Assembly: GCA_964430885.1 (NCBI GenBank)
Contig: CAYSHM010000012.1
Coordinates: 29,188-93,187, forward strand
Length of the DNA stretch: 64,000 bases
Direction: 5' to 3'
Source: an uncultured archaeon
GTDB taxonomy: Archaea; Thermoplasmatota; Penumbrarchaeia; JASLWR01
In this document: one piece after another, positions 19,508 to 29,141 of the stretch
Layout of the letters: each line of letters starts with the position of its first letter
Numbering within the stretch: position 1 is the first letter of the stretch
Made by a program: the position numbers and the translations under genes
Notes under the pieces: generated by a model
Database searches by the model: none
Seen by the model: the letters and a program-made list of their open reading frames with translations, nothing else
Told to the model about the DNA's origin: nothing

Positions 19508-20191
19508 TTACAGTGCAGGTATGCAGAGGCGACCGAAATATTCCAGGATTCCATTGTTCATAACTTCCGGGTGGAAGAGAACCCCGTAAACCTTTTTTGT
19601 AGTATGTTTGATTAGCGCAGGTCTTTTTTCTCCAATATCAGAGGGTCTATAATCAGCTATTATGTGGAATTCCTTAGGACAGGTTGCAGAAAGCGTGTGC
19701 AAATGATAGGCTTTGCAGTATTTCTCTTTCCCGAATATTTCAAATAAACCAGGATCTTTATTGTAATTTTCCATAATTTCTTCACATGGATATTTTTCAG
19801 AAATTGGTCTGAAGGCCTGTACACCAATTGCCAACTCATCAATGATCTTGCCTCCCCATAGTACGGACAGGATCTGCATGCCGGCGCATATCCCCAGAAT
19901 TGGATAATTGAGATATTTGAGCAGTTCGAATAATTCCAAATGCTCCAAATATTCTTTGTCCATAAGTGCGGTACCGCAGAGAACAATCCCCATTACGTCA
20001 GTAGGTCTTTCGGAAGTGGCCCCTTCCCCCTTCGTTTGTATTTCATGAGAACCAAGTAACGCTGGTAGCTGACTGAAATGCATTGGATAAGTCGGGATAT
20101 CCATTCTTTTGAACACTCTTTTAACCGGAAGGACGAACTCATCATTATGAAGAGAGCCCGGTTGTCTGCAGAGATCCACAAGAATGATCAT
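19508..20191 (-). CDS. Stand-alone class I glutamine amidotransferase
   Basis: Nucleophile motif PILGICAGMQ and His-Glu motif GVLFHPE. Confidence 0.85.
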   Translation of the reverse strand: MIILVDLCRQPGSLHNDEFVLPVKRVFKRMDIPTYPMHFSQLPALLGSHEIQTKGEGATSERPTDVMGIVLCGTALMDKEYLEHLELFELLKYLNYPILGICAGMQILSVLWGGKIIDELAIGVQAFRPISEKYPCEEIMENYNKDPGLFEIFGKEKYCKAYHLHTLSATCPKEFHIIADYRPSDIGEKRPALIKHTTKKVYGVLFHPEVMNNGILEYFGRLCIPAL

Positions 20192-20877
20192 TTTTCTATC
20201 AACTCCACTTCCGGTATTTCCATGACCCCTGAATAGTTATGATAATGTTTTTCATATCTCAAGACCTTAAGACGGGATCTGAACATTGGTCCGTCAATCA
20301 CAAGTGTCTCTATCTCTCCTCCCTCGCCCGATGGATTGATGCTGTACCGGTCTTCCATTTCCATAAGCTCGGATAAAAGTTCATGATCAATTGCTCGGCC
20401 AAGAAGATTTTCCTTCAATGGATAGGCATAAATGCCAACAATAATTACTTCGAGTCCTATATCCAGGGCAGTTCTAAGGTTTTCCAAAGGATCCTTCATC
20501 CATAAAGGATTGAAACACCATAATCCCTGGTCCCTGCAGATACTCTGAACCCTTGTGGATTGATAGGTGGAAGCAAGGGTCCCTGTGATTATTCCTTCAA
20601 TCAAGTATTCCTCTTTTGCTCTTTTAAATGCAGTCTCCAGATCTTTAAGCTCTTTTTCCTTGTTTCCTTCTGTCCTCTGGGTCACTAAGGGAATATCTAC
20701 AGCCTGGGATAGATAGTGCGTCAAATGAATATTGGGGGTATGGAACATGTAGCTCTCTAGGTTCTGAGATTTCAAGGTTATAAGACACCTTATATCGTTA
20801 TCCTGCATGCCTCTATGTAAAGCCAGAAATGAATCCTTCCCTCCCGAAAATAGAACACCCAGTTTCATACCTTTCAC
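20188..20877 (-). CDS. dph6: Diphthine--ammonia ligase (diphthamide synthetase, PP-loop ATPase)
   Basis: LFSGGKDS, ESYMFH, STYQSTR, NPLW, GEGGEIETLVIDGPMF. Confidence 0.9.
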   Translation of the reverse strand: MKGMKLGVLFSGGKDSFLALHRGMQDNDIRCLITLKSQNLESYMFHTPNIHLTHYLSQAVDIPLVTQRTEGNKEKELKDLETAFKRAKEEYLIEGIITGTLASTYQSTRVQSICRDQGLWCFNPLWMKDPLENLRTALDIGLEVIIVGIYAYPLKENLLGRAIDHELLSELMEMEDRYSINPSGEGGEIETLVIDGPMFRSRLKVLRYEKHYHNYSGVMEIPEVELIEK

Positions 20878-20984
20878 TTCTGGTAAGATTTGATCAAAAT
20901 AAGATTGGAAATTGGATAGACTGCGCTTAATTATGAAGGTAGGGGTTTTAAGCCTATTGGATGAATATAATATATTTCAATATA

Positions 20985-23900
20985 TCAAGGTGGCGGAGGC
21001 GGGCTTTTCTTTTCCACTCCCGGTGGCGGTGAATCAGGAGGTATTTCCGGTGGTGCAGGTACAGGTTCAGGATCGATTATTTCCACAGCTTCAACCATGG
21101 GTATTTCCTCCTCCTTATTGTCCTTGGGCAGTTCAACTTCAACCTTCACCTCTAAATCCATCTTCTTCTCTTTCTTCTGCGGCTCCTGATCTTTCTCCAG
21201 TATCTCGAAGAATTCCTTGGTGGATTTTGCACCATCGTCCTTTGTAATGTCGCCCGGCATACTGATCGGGCTCCTCAGATCGATATTCCTCACCGAGGAC
21301 TGCTGGGGCAGTGCCTTGATCTGTCTTGCACCTTTGGACATCCCGTACCCAACTGTCTTTCCGGGAATATGAATTTCAGGCAGGTTCTGGGTTGAAGCAG
21401 GCAATGCCATGAGATCGGGTTTACTGGATGACGGCAACTGGGCCCTCTCCGCATTGTAGATCGCCATGGAGACCCTTTTGGCCTTGGGATCCATCAGAGG
21501 AGTGTCCGAAATTCGAGTGACACCCTCAGGTCTTCTCCTTTTCCTGCCTCTTGAAGCCAAGCCGTCTACGGCTACAGTGTCTGTGTAGTCAACACCACCG
21601 TCCTCCCAGCGGTTTCTCCTCCTGACAATTACAATTAGCAGGATCAGGAGTAGAAGTAAAATTACTAGTATTATCCAGAACCAGTTATTCTGATGCAGGG
21701 CTTGAGAATCAGTTTCCTTTTTCTCCTTTACCAAGGGTAGAATAGACCTTGAAGTATCACCGCTAACTGAGGTAAGAGTTACATCCAGCTGGTTGCCGGC
21801 TGCTTTATGGTCGAAGGTTTCCATTATAGTAATGGTCATTTCTAGTGAAAGTCCCTGTCCGGGTTCCAAGGTGTAATTCATCTTGCCTTTCAGCGAGATC
21901 TGAACGTTATCTATGTCTTTCAAATTCAGCGTCAATTGATCCTGGATAGTACCTCGATTTGATATATTGAGCATTACCTTGTACTGCCCGCCCTTCACAA
22001 CCTCGAGCTGCTCATCCATGAATTCTACAAAGGGTTCAAGTTTTCCGACATATAATTTATGATAATATGTGGAGGAGTTCTTTATTCCGTCAGAGGTCCT
22101 TATCTGGACATAATAAATCCCGTCGGGAAGATAGCTTGTCACATTGTAAGAGTTGGTCATCGTCACCTGCCAAGATAGATATTGATTGCCTTCGGGTTCC
22201 GAGCCTATTTGGATGAAGTAGAAAAGATTATTAACATCCTTTGGATTTTCATCTGTAGCGCCGCTCCAGCTGAGGGACGGATACCTTTCAGGTGTGAATG
22301 TCGGTTCCACCTGGGTCGGAGCCGTGGGAGGTATGTTTCCTTCTACGGTTATTGTAATTATACCTGTCAGGATCTCTGATACAAGACCGTCTGGATCTTC
22401 GCATCTTATGCTTACATAGTATGTCCTGTAGGATAGATTCTGGACCACCTGGAAGTAGGTGGACTCACCCGTAGGTGTCCAGTCTATAATATTACCATTT
22501 CCTTCTTCGGTCCCTATACGTATATAATAGGAAAGGGTATCTTCGTCCTCGTCATATCCCTCGGTCCAAAATATAAGCGGGGTGGGATCTCCGGTCTTCT
22601 TGGGCTCTAGAGAAGTTGGGGGGTAGGGCCGGTGGTTGCTTTGGGTAAGGACTCGGAACATATGGTCACTGGGGTAGGATTCCAGGACCCCATCGTGGGA
22701 CCATAAACGGATATAGTAATCATTCCCTCTGACCAGCGGTTTTTCCATCTGATAACGAGCTTCCTCTCCCGTTGTTCTCTTGTTGAGAACATCGTCCTTT
22801 CCCGGTCCTGTGCCTATTTGGATGAAATATGTGAGATTGTCCCCGTCGATATCGTAGGCTCCGGACCATTGTATGTTGGGAAGCGTTTCCTTGGTGTGTT
22901 TTGGATCTATGGAAGTGGGAGGTGAAGGAGGTGAATTAATATCCTCCATAATGCTTAGTACTTCCTCGTGAACAATGGAGAAAAAATCCATATCCTTGGA
23001 CCATACCTGAATGTAATAGTTGCCATGAGGGAGGGGTTTTGTGATGTCGTAGAAGTTATTTGTTCCTGTGGATTTCATCAGAAGTATATCATTGCCTGTG
23101 GAAAAACTCCCTATCTGGATATAGTAGGTCAGGGGATCCTCATCCAGGTCTACCGCAGTGTCCCAAACGATTCTCGGAGTCTGCTCGGCTGTTTGATCAG
23201 GCAATATCCAGGTGGGAGGTGAAGGAGGGTTGTTGTTTCTCAAGTTAAGAATAACATCCGACATGTCCGGATCAATAATGCTTTCCACGCCATGGTCGTC
23301 CGCGACCTTGATATACATGCCATATTCACCCGGTTCCACAAGGTCGTTGGGATCAAATTCATATGATATCAGGTATCCTGCCCGGGTGTTTTCTATCGAT
23401 AGCTCTTCAACATTTCCTGGCTTCTCCTGGTTAATAAGGAAATATTCCGCCGACCCGTTGACCATCTTTATCTTCAGGGTAAATGTGAAGTTGTTAGGAG
23501 GATACGGGTCCTGGTCCTCTAATTGGAAGGATATGTCCGTTGAGTGCGCACCCGGGATAGGTATGATACTGCTGCTCAGCGATAGGGAATCAGGGTCAAT
23601 GAAAGGGCTGTAATTTGTTGTAATATCCAATTGATAGAGACCGCTGGTATCATCAATGATCAGCTTATCCGTGTTCCCGTCATAAACCTCGAAATAGAAC
23701 TGCCAAATTCCGTCCATTATATATGGTTCCGGTGAAAGATGGAAACTAAGTCGGTACTGACCCGGACTAACGATTTTGAAATCAGCGTTATCCTCATTCA
23801 TTATGCTGCCGTTCAAAAGGACCTTTTCCTCACCGCTGAAGGTTTCCTTCAGTACCATCTTTCCTTGGAAGACCGACAGGGGATGGAGATCGTCATCTTG

Positions 23901-25460
23901 AAATGTGAATGCATATTCTGTGGTTTCATCAATAGCAGGATTCAGGGTTTGATTTGTTATCTCCGCCATGAGTCCGAACGTAGCCTCATGTAAATGATAT
24001 TCAATCTTTATATTTTTCAGGATGGGAGTTGTATGCAGGTCTAGCCCAGTGTTCACCAGATCCACCTTGAACCTAATCCACCTTTTATTCTCGGATGTTA
24101 TCTGTTCTGGTGATCCAGCATAGGCCTCTGACCAGTTCCCCCATTGTCCCGGTTCGTCTGGGTCATCATTGCTGGATGAAGCCGTTTGGGTGTATATTAG
24201 GACCTCAGTTCCCAGGGGAGTTTCAGTTTCGAAGCTTATGGAATCATAATGAGGAGAGGTATTGTTGGTATCGAAGGGCTTGGACAAGTAGGAGCCTGTG
24301 GGTAAATACTCCAAAGGAAAATCGAATTCTTGGTTCAGGCTTTCATAGGTTCCTACTGCACCGTCATCTCCCTTTTCACCTACTCGGCTGGGTTGTGTAG
24401 CTGTCCCAGGGATACCTCCTGCCCCACCGGAAACATTCACTCCGTCCAGGGAATCATCAACAGCACTATCCTCAAAGAATACCTTGACCCTACCGCCTGA
24501 TCCGCCGCCTCCGCCACCTCCGCTTTCACCCCAATTGACAAATGTGTTTCCTGAATTCCCTCCGTTACCGCCTCTAGCGTCAATTATACACCCGGATCCC
24601 AACAACACATCGTTTCCCACCAGCATTATTCCTCCACCTGATCCGCCACCTCCTCCCCCGCCGACATCGCCGTTATCCCCTGAATTTCCGCCCTTTATAC
24701 CATTTGCCTCTATTGTACCGTTGATATATATGTTCTCAGCATGGATCAAGATGTTACCGCCGCCGTTACCGCCTGATCCGCCGTCCGTATCGGCGTCCCC
24801 TCCATTCCCGCCTTTGCTGCCTATGCTGATCTGGAATCCGTTGCCGGAACCATGTTGATCGCCTCCTTCACCACCATCACCTCCGCCCCATCGTGGACCG
24901 TCACCGCCGTCTCCACCGGTATTACCGTAGCTGCCTCCGCCGCCACCGCCACCACCGGACCAATCAGCATTTTCACCATCCTCCCCCTTTCCGACAACTT
25001 CAAGACCCAATCCGGATAGTACAATGGTGCTTCCATCATGCATAATGAAATTTCTAGCGTAAACCTCAAGACTGTCCGAGCTTTGGGGTTTTAGGATCGA
25101 ACCGCTGTTAAGGGTGAAGGTCTCCACGTAGATGGGAAGGTCGGTTGTATGTATGCCGAAAATATCCAGATCTGCCTCATCAGTGACCAGTCTCAAACCG
25201 CCGTCGTCATTGTGAAATATGAATACCTGATCGCTTTCTTCCTCGAATATTTCAAATTCGCTCTGGTCGTTCACCGTGAAATTGAGTATTTTCGGGGTAT
25301 ATCTGACAGTGGATATGTCCTGTTGATCTTTACCTGTTAGCCTGTCTACTTCGATCTCACCATTTAATATTTCAATTCTGCCTTGCGGTAATACCAAAAG
25401 GTTTGTTCCGAGCAATAGGATCACTATTGTTAGCGATAATATCATAGTTCTATCTGACAT
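20985..25460 (-). CDS. Large surface protein: glycine-rich domain, Ig-like domains, four Fn3-like repeats, CARDB-like domain, TM, poly-Pro tail
   Basis: Signal peptide after MSDRT; long GGGGGGG/GGxG blocks; four repeats NxPPxPPTxxxP..P.I.W..D.D.D.L.Y.IQIG; TM WFWIILVILLLLLILLIVIV-RRR; ends SPPPPP. Confidence 0.75.
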   Translation of the reverse strand: MSDRTMILSLTIVILLLGTNLLVLPQGRIEILNGEIEVDRLTGKDQQDISTVRYTPKILNFTVNDQSEFEIFEEESDQVFIFHNDDGGLRLVTDEADLDIFGIHTTDLPIYVETFTLNSGSILKPQSSDSLEVYARNFIMHDGSTIVLSGLGLEVVGKGEDGENADWSGGGGGGGGSYGNTGGDGGDGPRWGGGDGGEGGDQHGSGNGFQISIGSKGGNGGDADTDGGSGGNGGGNILIHAENIYINGTIEANGIKGGNSGDNGDVGGGGGGGSGGGIMLVGNDVLLGSGCIIDARGGNGGNSGNTFVNWGESGGGGGGGSGGRVKVFFEDSAVDDSLDGVNVSGGAGGIPGTATQPSRVGEKGDDGAVGTYESLNQEFDFPLEYLPTGSYLSKPFDTNNTSPHYDSISFETETPLGTEVLIYTQTASSSNDDPDEPGQWGNWSEAYAGSPEQITSENKRWIRFKVDLVNTGLDLHTTPILKNIKIEYHLHEATFGLMAEITNQTLNPAIDETTEYAFTFQDDDLHPLSVFQGKMVLKETFSGEEKVLLNGSIMNEDNADFKIVSPGQYRLSFHLSPEPYIMDGIWQFYFEVYDGNTDKLIIDDTSGLYQLDITTNYSPFIDPDSLSLSSSIIPIPGAHSTDISFQLEDQDPYPPNNFTFTLKIKMVNGSAEYFLINQEKPGNVEELSIENTRAGYLISYEFDPNDLVEPGEYGMYIKVADDHGVESIIDPDMSDVILNLRNNNPPSPPTWILPDQTAEQTPRIVWDTAVDLDEDPLTYYIQIGSFSTGNDILLMKSTGTNNFYDITKPLPHGNYYIQVWSKDMDFFSIVHEEVLSIMEDINSPPSPPTSIDPKHTKETLPNIQWSGAYDIDGDNLTYFIQIGTGPGKDDVLNKRTTGEEARYQMEKPLVRGNDYYIRLWSHDGVLESYPSDHMFRVLTQSNHRPYPPTSLEPKKTGDPTPLIFWTEGYDEDEDTLSYYIRIGTEEGNGNIIDWTPTGESTYFQVVQNLSYRTYYVSIRCEDPDGLVSEILTGIITITVEGNIPPTAPTQVEPTFTPERYPSLSWSGATDENPKDVNNLFYFIQIGSEPEGNQYLSWQVTMTNSYNVTSYLPDGIYYVQIRTSDGIKNSSTYYHKLYVGKLEPFVEFMDEQLEVVKGGQYKVMLNISNRGTIQDQLTLNLKDIDNVQISLKGKMNYTLEPGQGLSLEMTITIMETFDHKAAGNQLDVTLTSVSGDTSRSILPLVKEKKETDSQALHQNNWFWIILVILLLLLILLIVIVRRRNRWEDGGVDYTDTVAVDGLASRGRKRRRPEGVTRISDTPLMDPKAKRVSMAIYNAERAQLPSSSKPDLMALPASTQNLPEIHIPGKTVGYGMSKGARQIKALPQQSSVRNIDLRSPISMPGDITKDDGAKSTKEFFEILEKDQEPQKKEKKMDLEVKVEVELPKDNKEEEIPMVEAVEIIDPEPVPAPPEIPPDSPPPGVEKKSPPPPP

Positions 25461-25833
25461 CTTACAACCCCTAACTGAAATGCGGTCAATAGCATATATT
25501 AAATATTTTAGAGAAAACACCATTTATGGCTTCTAAACCAATAGAATCGATGATAGAAAAACTTTTCTCCGTAATATATTTAAATGTCCCTTGTGTGTCT
25601 TCTTCATTACCAAACACCTATAAATTACTACTAATTGTATATGATGTATAATGGAACGATACATCTATATATAATGATTTTTCATTAATTGATTAATTGG
25701 CCTACTGTGAATCAAATGATTGGTGGTTATGTAAAAAGGTGAGCTTTAGGTCTAGGGAATTACAGGTAAGATTTATGATCAGATTTGCAGATTTTCAACT
25801 AATTACAGTCTTTACAGTTGAATTGTATGTATA

Positions 25834-26235
25834 ATGAGTGAGGGTTTTTTAATGGATACATTGACGGTAGAGAGTCTAGGGAAGGCGATCATGAAGAGTA
25901 TCGGGGAGTTTGAGATGTCCGAGATTGAGGCCAAAGGGATGGCTACTCATATTCTCAATTTTTTCGGTTATAGTGAAAGGATAATCGATAATGTTCTTCA
26001 TCCGGATGACCGGGATCTGTTCTATATGATGGAGGATAATGGTCTAATGGTCACTTCAAGGGAAGAGACCGCGCTTTTTGACGGCAGGGACTGGCGGATC
26101 CATTACTGGTTGTTCAAGAAGGACAGGATACTGGAATTGGCCCGTATGGATGACAACAGGGCCGTGAATGATGACGATAATGAAATGTCGGAGCTTTACA
26201 ACAGTATACCTGAGGATGCCTGGTCTAGGATGTAG
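25834..26235 (+). CDS. Conserved archaeal protein (DUF6015-like, Thermoplasmata-type)
   Basis: ILNFFGYSERIIDNVL..DRDLFYMMED.GL..REE..FDGRDWRIHYW recalled as this family; 4 nt upstream of priL. Confidence 0.6.
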   Translation: MSEGFLMDTLTVESLGKAIMKSIGEFEMSEIEAKGMATHILNFFGYSERIIDNVLHPDDRDLFYMMEDNGLMVTSREETALFDGRDWRIHYWLFKKDRILELARMDDNRAVNDDDNEMSELYNSIPEDAWSRM

Positions 26236-26239
26236 TTAG

Positions 26240-27388
26240 ATGGATTCTGCTGGTTCCCACCTGGTTTTTCTGGCCAAGTACCCATTTCTTTCAGCAACCA
26301 GGGAATATCTCAAAGAGAGCGGCCCATCTCTGGAAACAATTTTGGCTTCACCCACTTACAGCGAGGTCCGACAGCGTGCGTTCTTGCGTGTAAGGGAAGC
26401 TTTGAATGCCGGGCTGGTTCCAAGACCTGTGCTTCTGGATGAGGTGGGTGTGGAAAATGAGATACTATCCTATCCTCTTGCCCGTATGCTGGTTTCCGCT
26501 GTTGACGATCCATTTCTCATTTCGCGCTATACCTTGGCAGAATCCAAGACCGCCTCCAAGGCCTTTGAGAAGGAGGATACGGAGAGCATTGTTGAAGTAT
26601 CTCTTGATCAGGAATTGGGGAAGGTGTACCTTACGAAACTACCTTCATACGAGATAGGAGACCTACTCAAGGATTTTCAGATACCATCAAGGTATGATGC
26701 CTTGATACATTTCTCAGATTTTCTTTCCGTTTCAATAAGCTTCAATGCCTCAAAATGGAAATTGGTCAACAGGGATATGTTTAGAGGTTATGTAGGGCTG
26801 ACCAAAGAAGAATTGGGTCGGCTTCTTGAGGAAAAGGTCAGAAAGAATATCCAAGAGGGACTTCCGGTTCCGGTAAACGATATGATAAAGGAAGCCTTTA
26901 AGGAACAGATTGGTGTTCTGCGGGGATTGGTTGCCGAACAGAAGGCGAAATTCAGGGAGAAGGACCTGGGAGAATATTCAACAGAACGTACGCCTCCCTG
27001 TGTGAAGAATATTATGGAGATGCTCGCCTCCCATGAAAATCCCTCCCATGAGGCCCGTTTCTTTTTGGCAACATTTCTTGTCCATATTGGATTTGGAATA
27101 GATCGAATGATGGCTGTTTTCAGCAGAGCTCCTGATTTTAATGAGGATATTGCCCGCTATCAACTGGAGCAGATCAGCGGAGATATATCGGGTACCAAAT
27201 ATACCCCTCCGTCGTGCGGAACGCTTAAGACCAAGGGATTATGCCTTTTTCCTGACAGCCTGTGCGGCAGGGATTGGATGACCCATCCTCTCACCTATTA
27301 TAAGATTAAAGGCAGAAGTTTGAAGGCCGGAAACCAGAAGTTCAGCAATGGGGAAAAGGCAGCAAATGGCGAGAACAATAAGGATTGA
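26240..27388 (+). CDS. priL: DNA primase large subunit
   Basis: LAKYPFL, EILSYPLARMLVS, WKLVNR, Fe-S domain PPC..HEARF..PDF..ARYQ..YTPPSC..C..C..HPL.YY. Confidence 0.93.
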   Translation: MDSAGSHLVFLAKYPFLSATREYLKESGPSLETILASPTYSEVRQRAFLRVREALNAGLVPRPVLLDEVGVENEILSYPLARMLVSAVDDPFLISRYTLAESKTASKAFEKEDTESIVEVSLDQELGKVYLTKLPSYEIGDLLKDFQIPSRYDALIHFSDFLSVSISFNASKWKLVNRDMFRGYVGLTKEELGRLLEEKVRKNIQEGLPVPVNDMIKEAFKEQIGVLRGLVAEQKAKFREKDLGEYSTERTPPCVKNIMEMLASHENPSHEARFFLATFLVHIGFGIDRMMAVFSRAPDFNEDIARYQLEQISGDISGTKYTPPSCGTLKTKGLCLFPDSLCGRDWMTHPLTYYKIKGRSLKAGNQKFSNGEKAANGENNKD

Positions 27389-27458
27389 TAGGGCAATAAT
27401 TTTAAAAAATATGAGATTATGCAATTTTCCATCATTTCAATTTATCATCAATGTAATA

Positions 27459-28298
27459 TCATCTTTTCTCAAGGCCGCCGCTTCTCACGATCTCATATCC
27501 ATTGTCATTAAAAAGTTCCTCAAGATGTCGTCTTACCTTTCCCTTCATTGATTTTCGATGAATGTAGACCTTGGTTGCACCGGGAGTTTTTTTCAAAGCA
27601 GATAGTATAGCTCCATCGTCGGCGCCCTTCAAACCCCAATTGGGGATCATATGCCCGAAGGCCGCATTGAAATCTTTTACAATGTCAGTGAATCTGGGGC
27701 AGTAATGGCCCCCTCCTATTCCAGAGATAATTTCCCCGGAATCCGGACAATGCGGAATGTCTAAAATAGATTTGGCCACGGCCTTTCCTGCCTTTGGGTC
27801 GCGCCATTGTTGCTCTCCGCTGCCGATCTCGATGAACATGGTGGGAGTGTCCAAATATGGACCATGGTGAGTTGCCTCAAAACATATCTGGTAGTCCTTA
27901 CTGCATCCTATGTCACTAGCATGTTTTTTTAGATTCAGAAGGGCTCCGCTCATTTCATGGGGCATTGATGGGACAAGTGTGGATTCTCTTCCGCCGTATC
28001 TGGCCTCTGAAAAATTGCCTATTGGATGGACTGTTAAGGACGCAGTACCTGACTCAGCCTTATGACGGGATGCGAATATCATCTTAGAAAAATCTATGCT
28101 GGTGGAATTTCTTATTTGAGCATCCAGTTCCTCTGATTCAATATGGTGGTCGGTATTTATGATCATGGTAAGTTGGTCAAAACGGAAAATGGGTTTTCCT
28201 CTGAACTCTCCCTCTCTTTTCCATGAGATGAGTTCTAATAGGTTGTTCATAATATTGACGGATGCTAGGTCCACCGAGGAGGTAACTACCAAATACAA
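27459..28298 (-). CDS. dtdA: D-aminoacyl-tRNA deacylase (archaeal/plant DTD2 type)
   Basis: D.ASVNI, FASRH, LTVHPIGN, EATHHGP, FIEIGS, GIGGGHY, FGHMIP. Confidence 0.92.
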   Translation of the reverse strand: MYLVVTSSVDLASVNIMNNLLELISWKREGEFRGKPIFRFDQLTMIINTDHHIESEELDAQIRNSTSIDFSKMIFASRHKAESGTASLTVHPIGNFSEARYGGRESTLVPSMPHEMSGALLNLKKHASDIGCSKDYQICFEATHHGPYLDTPTMFIEIGSGEQQWRDPKAGKAVAKSILDIPHCPDSGEIISGIGGGHYCPRFTDIVKDFNAAFGHMIPNWGLKGADDGAILSALKKTPGATKVYIHRKSMKGKVRRHLEELFNDNGYEIVRSGGLEKR

Positions 28299-28480
28299 AT
28301 GAAGACCAACTGAACTTGTATTGGAATCAAAGCAATAATGGGTCTGTGATCACTATCAATTCTGATAATTTAAATTGGAAGTAAGCAGTCCAGAATACCC
28401 AATAACAATTCCTGAATCTGGAATAATAACAGTAATGAGCAAAGTAATAAGGCCTGCCCATCTCATTTTTGAATAACCGA

Positions 28481-28846
28481 TTACTTCTTGCTAGTACGAT
28501 CTATTTTAATAGGTCCGGGGGTCACCATAACTATGCCCCTGTCGATCTGGGCCAGATCCCCGTTGACCTCAGTGGCGGCCCTTTTCAGCTCACTGGTTAT
28601 TCTCTTCAATTCTATGGAATCTCCTGTTAGAGCCTTTGTATCAAGGACCAGTATGTTCTTGTTGTATACCAGATCGGTCAATTCTCTTACGTCCTGAAAA
28701 CTGTTGATGTGTATCTTCTTGACCCATATGGTGTCCCTTTCAGGCGGATTCATTCCTGTGAAGTCCTTCTTTCCCAGATCAATATATTGTCTTGGTACCT
28801 CTGGCTCTTCTATTATTTCCTTCTTACCTCTCTTAAAAAGTCCCAT
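28481..28846 (-). CDS. sepF: Cell division protein SepF (archaeal type)
   Basis: MGLFK amphipathic N-terminus, YIDL, NILVLD, LKR..VNGDLAQI..VMVTP..IKIDR. Confidence 0.85.
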   Translation of the reverse strand: MGLFKRGKKEIIEEPEVPRQYIDLGKKDFTGMNPPERDTIWVKKIHINSFQDVRELTDLVYNKNILVLDTKALTGDSIELKRITSELKRAATEVNGDLAQIDRGIVMVTPGPIKIDRTSKK

Positions 28847-29141
28847 TCCAATTACCTCTTATTTGCCTTTTTGTTTTTCATGGATATATGCCCTAAACCC
28901 CCATGCAAACGAATGCAAAGGACATACAAATACCCATCATTTTTTCCAACTATAAATATTTTATAAATGAAATATACTTAAAAAATAATTAAATCCCCGA
29001 AATATGGGAATAATCACATCCAGATTGCAATGAGAACCAAGTAAGTGTAAGAAGGGAACCAATATTAACTTCAATTTCAAATCAAGGATATGAATTCCAT
29101 TAAATAATATGCTACATAATCAGCTCATTCACGTGGATTGA

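Noticed and set aside
24484-24858. Proline-rich plus-strand ORF
   Set aside because: It is the antisense mirror of the glycine-rich region of the real minus-strand gene.
28356-28466. 36-aa hydrophobic minus-strand ORF (MRWAGLITLLITVII...) between sepF and dtdA
   Set aside because: No clear SD, no family recognised, and too short to support.
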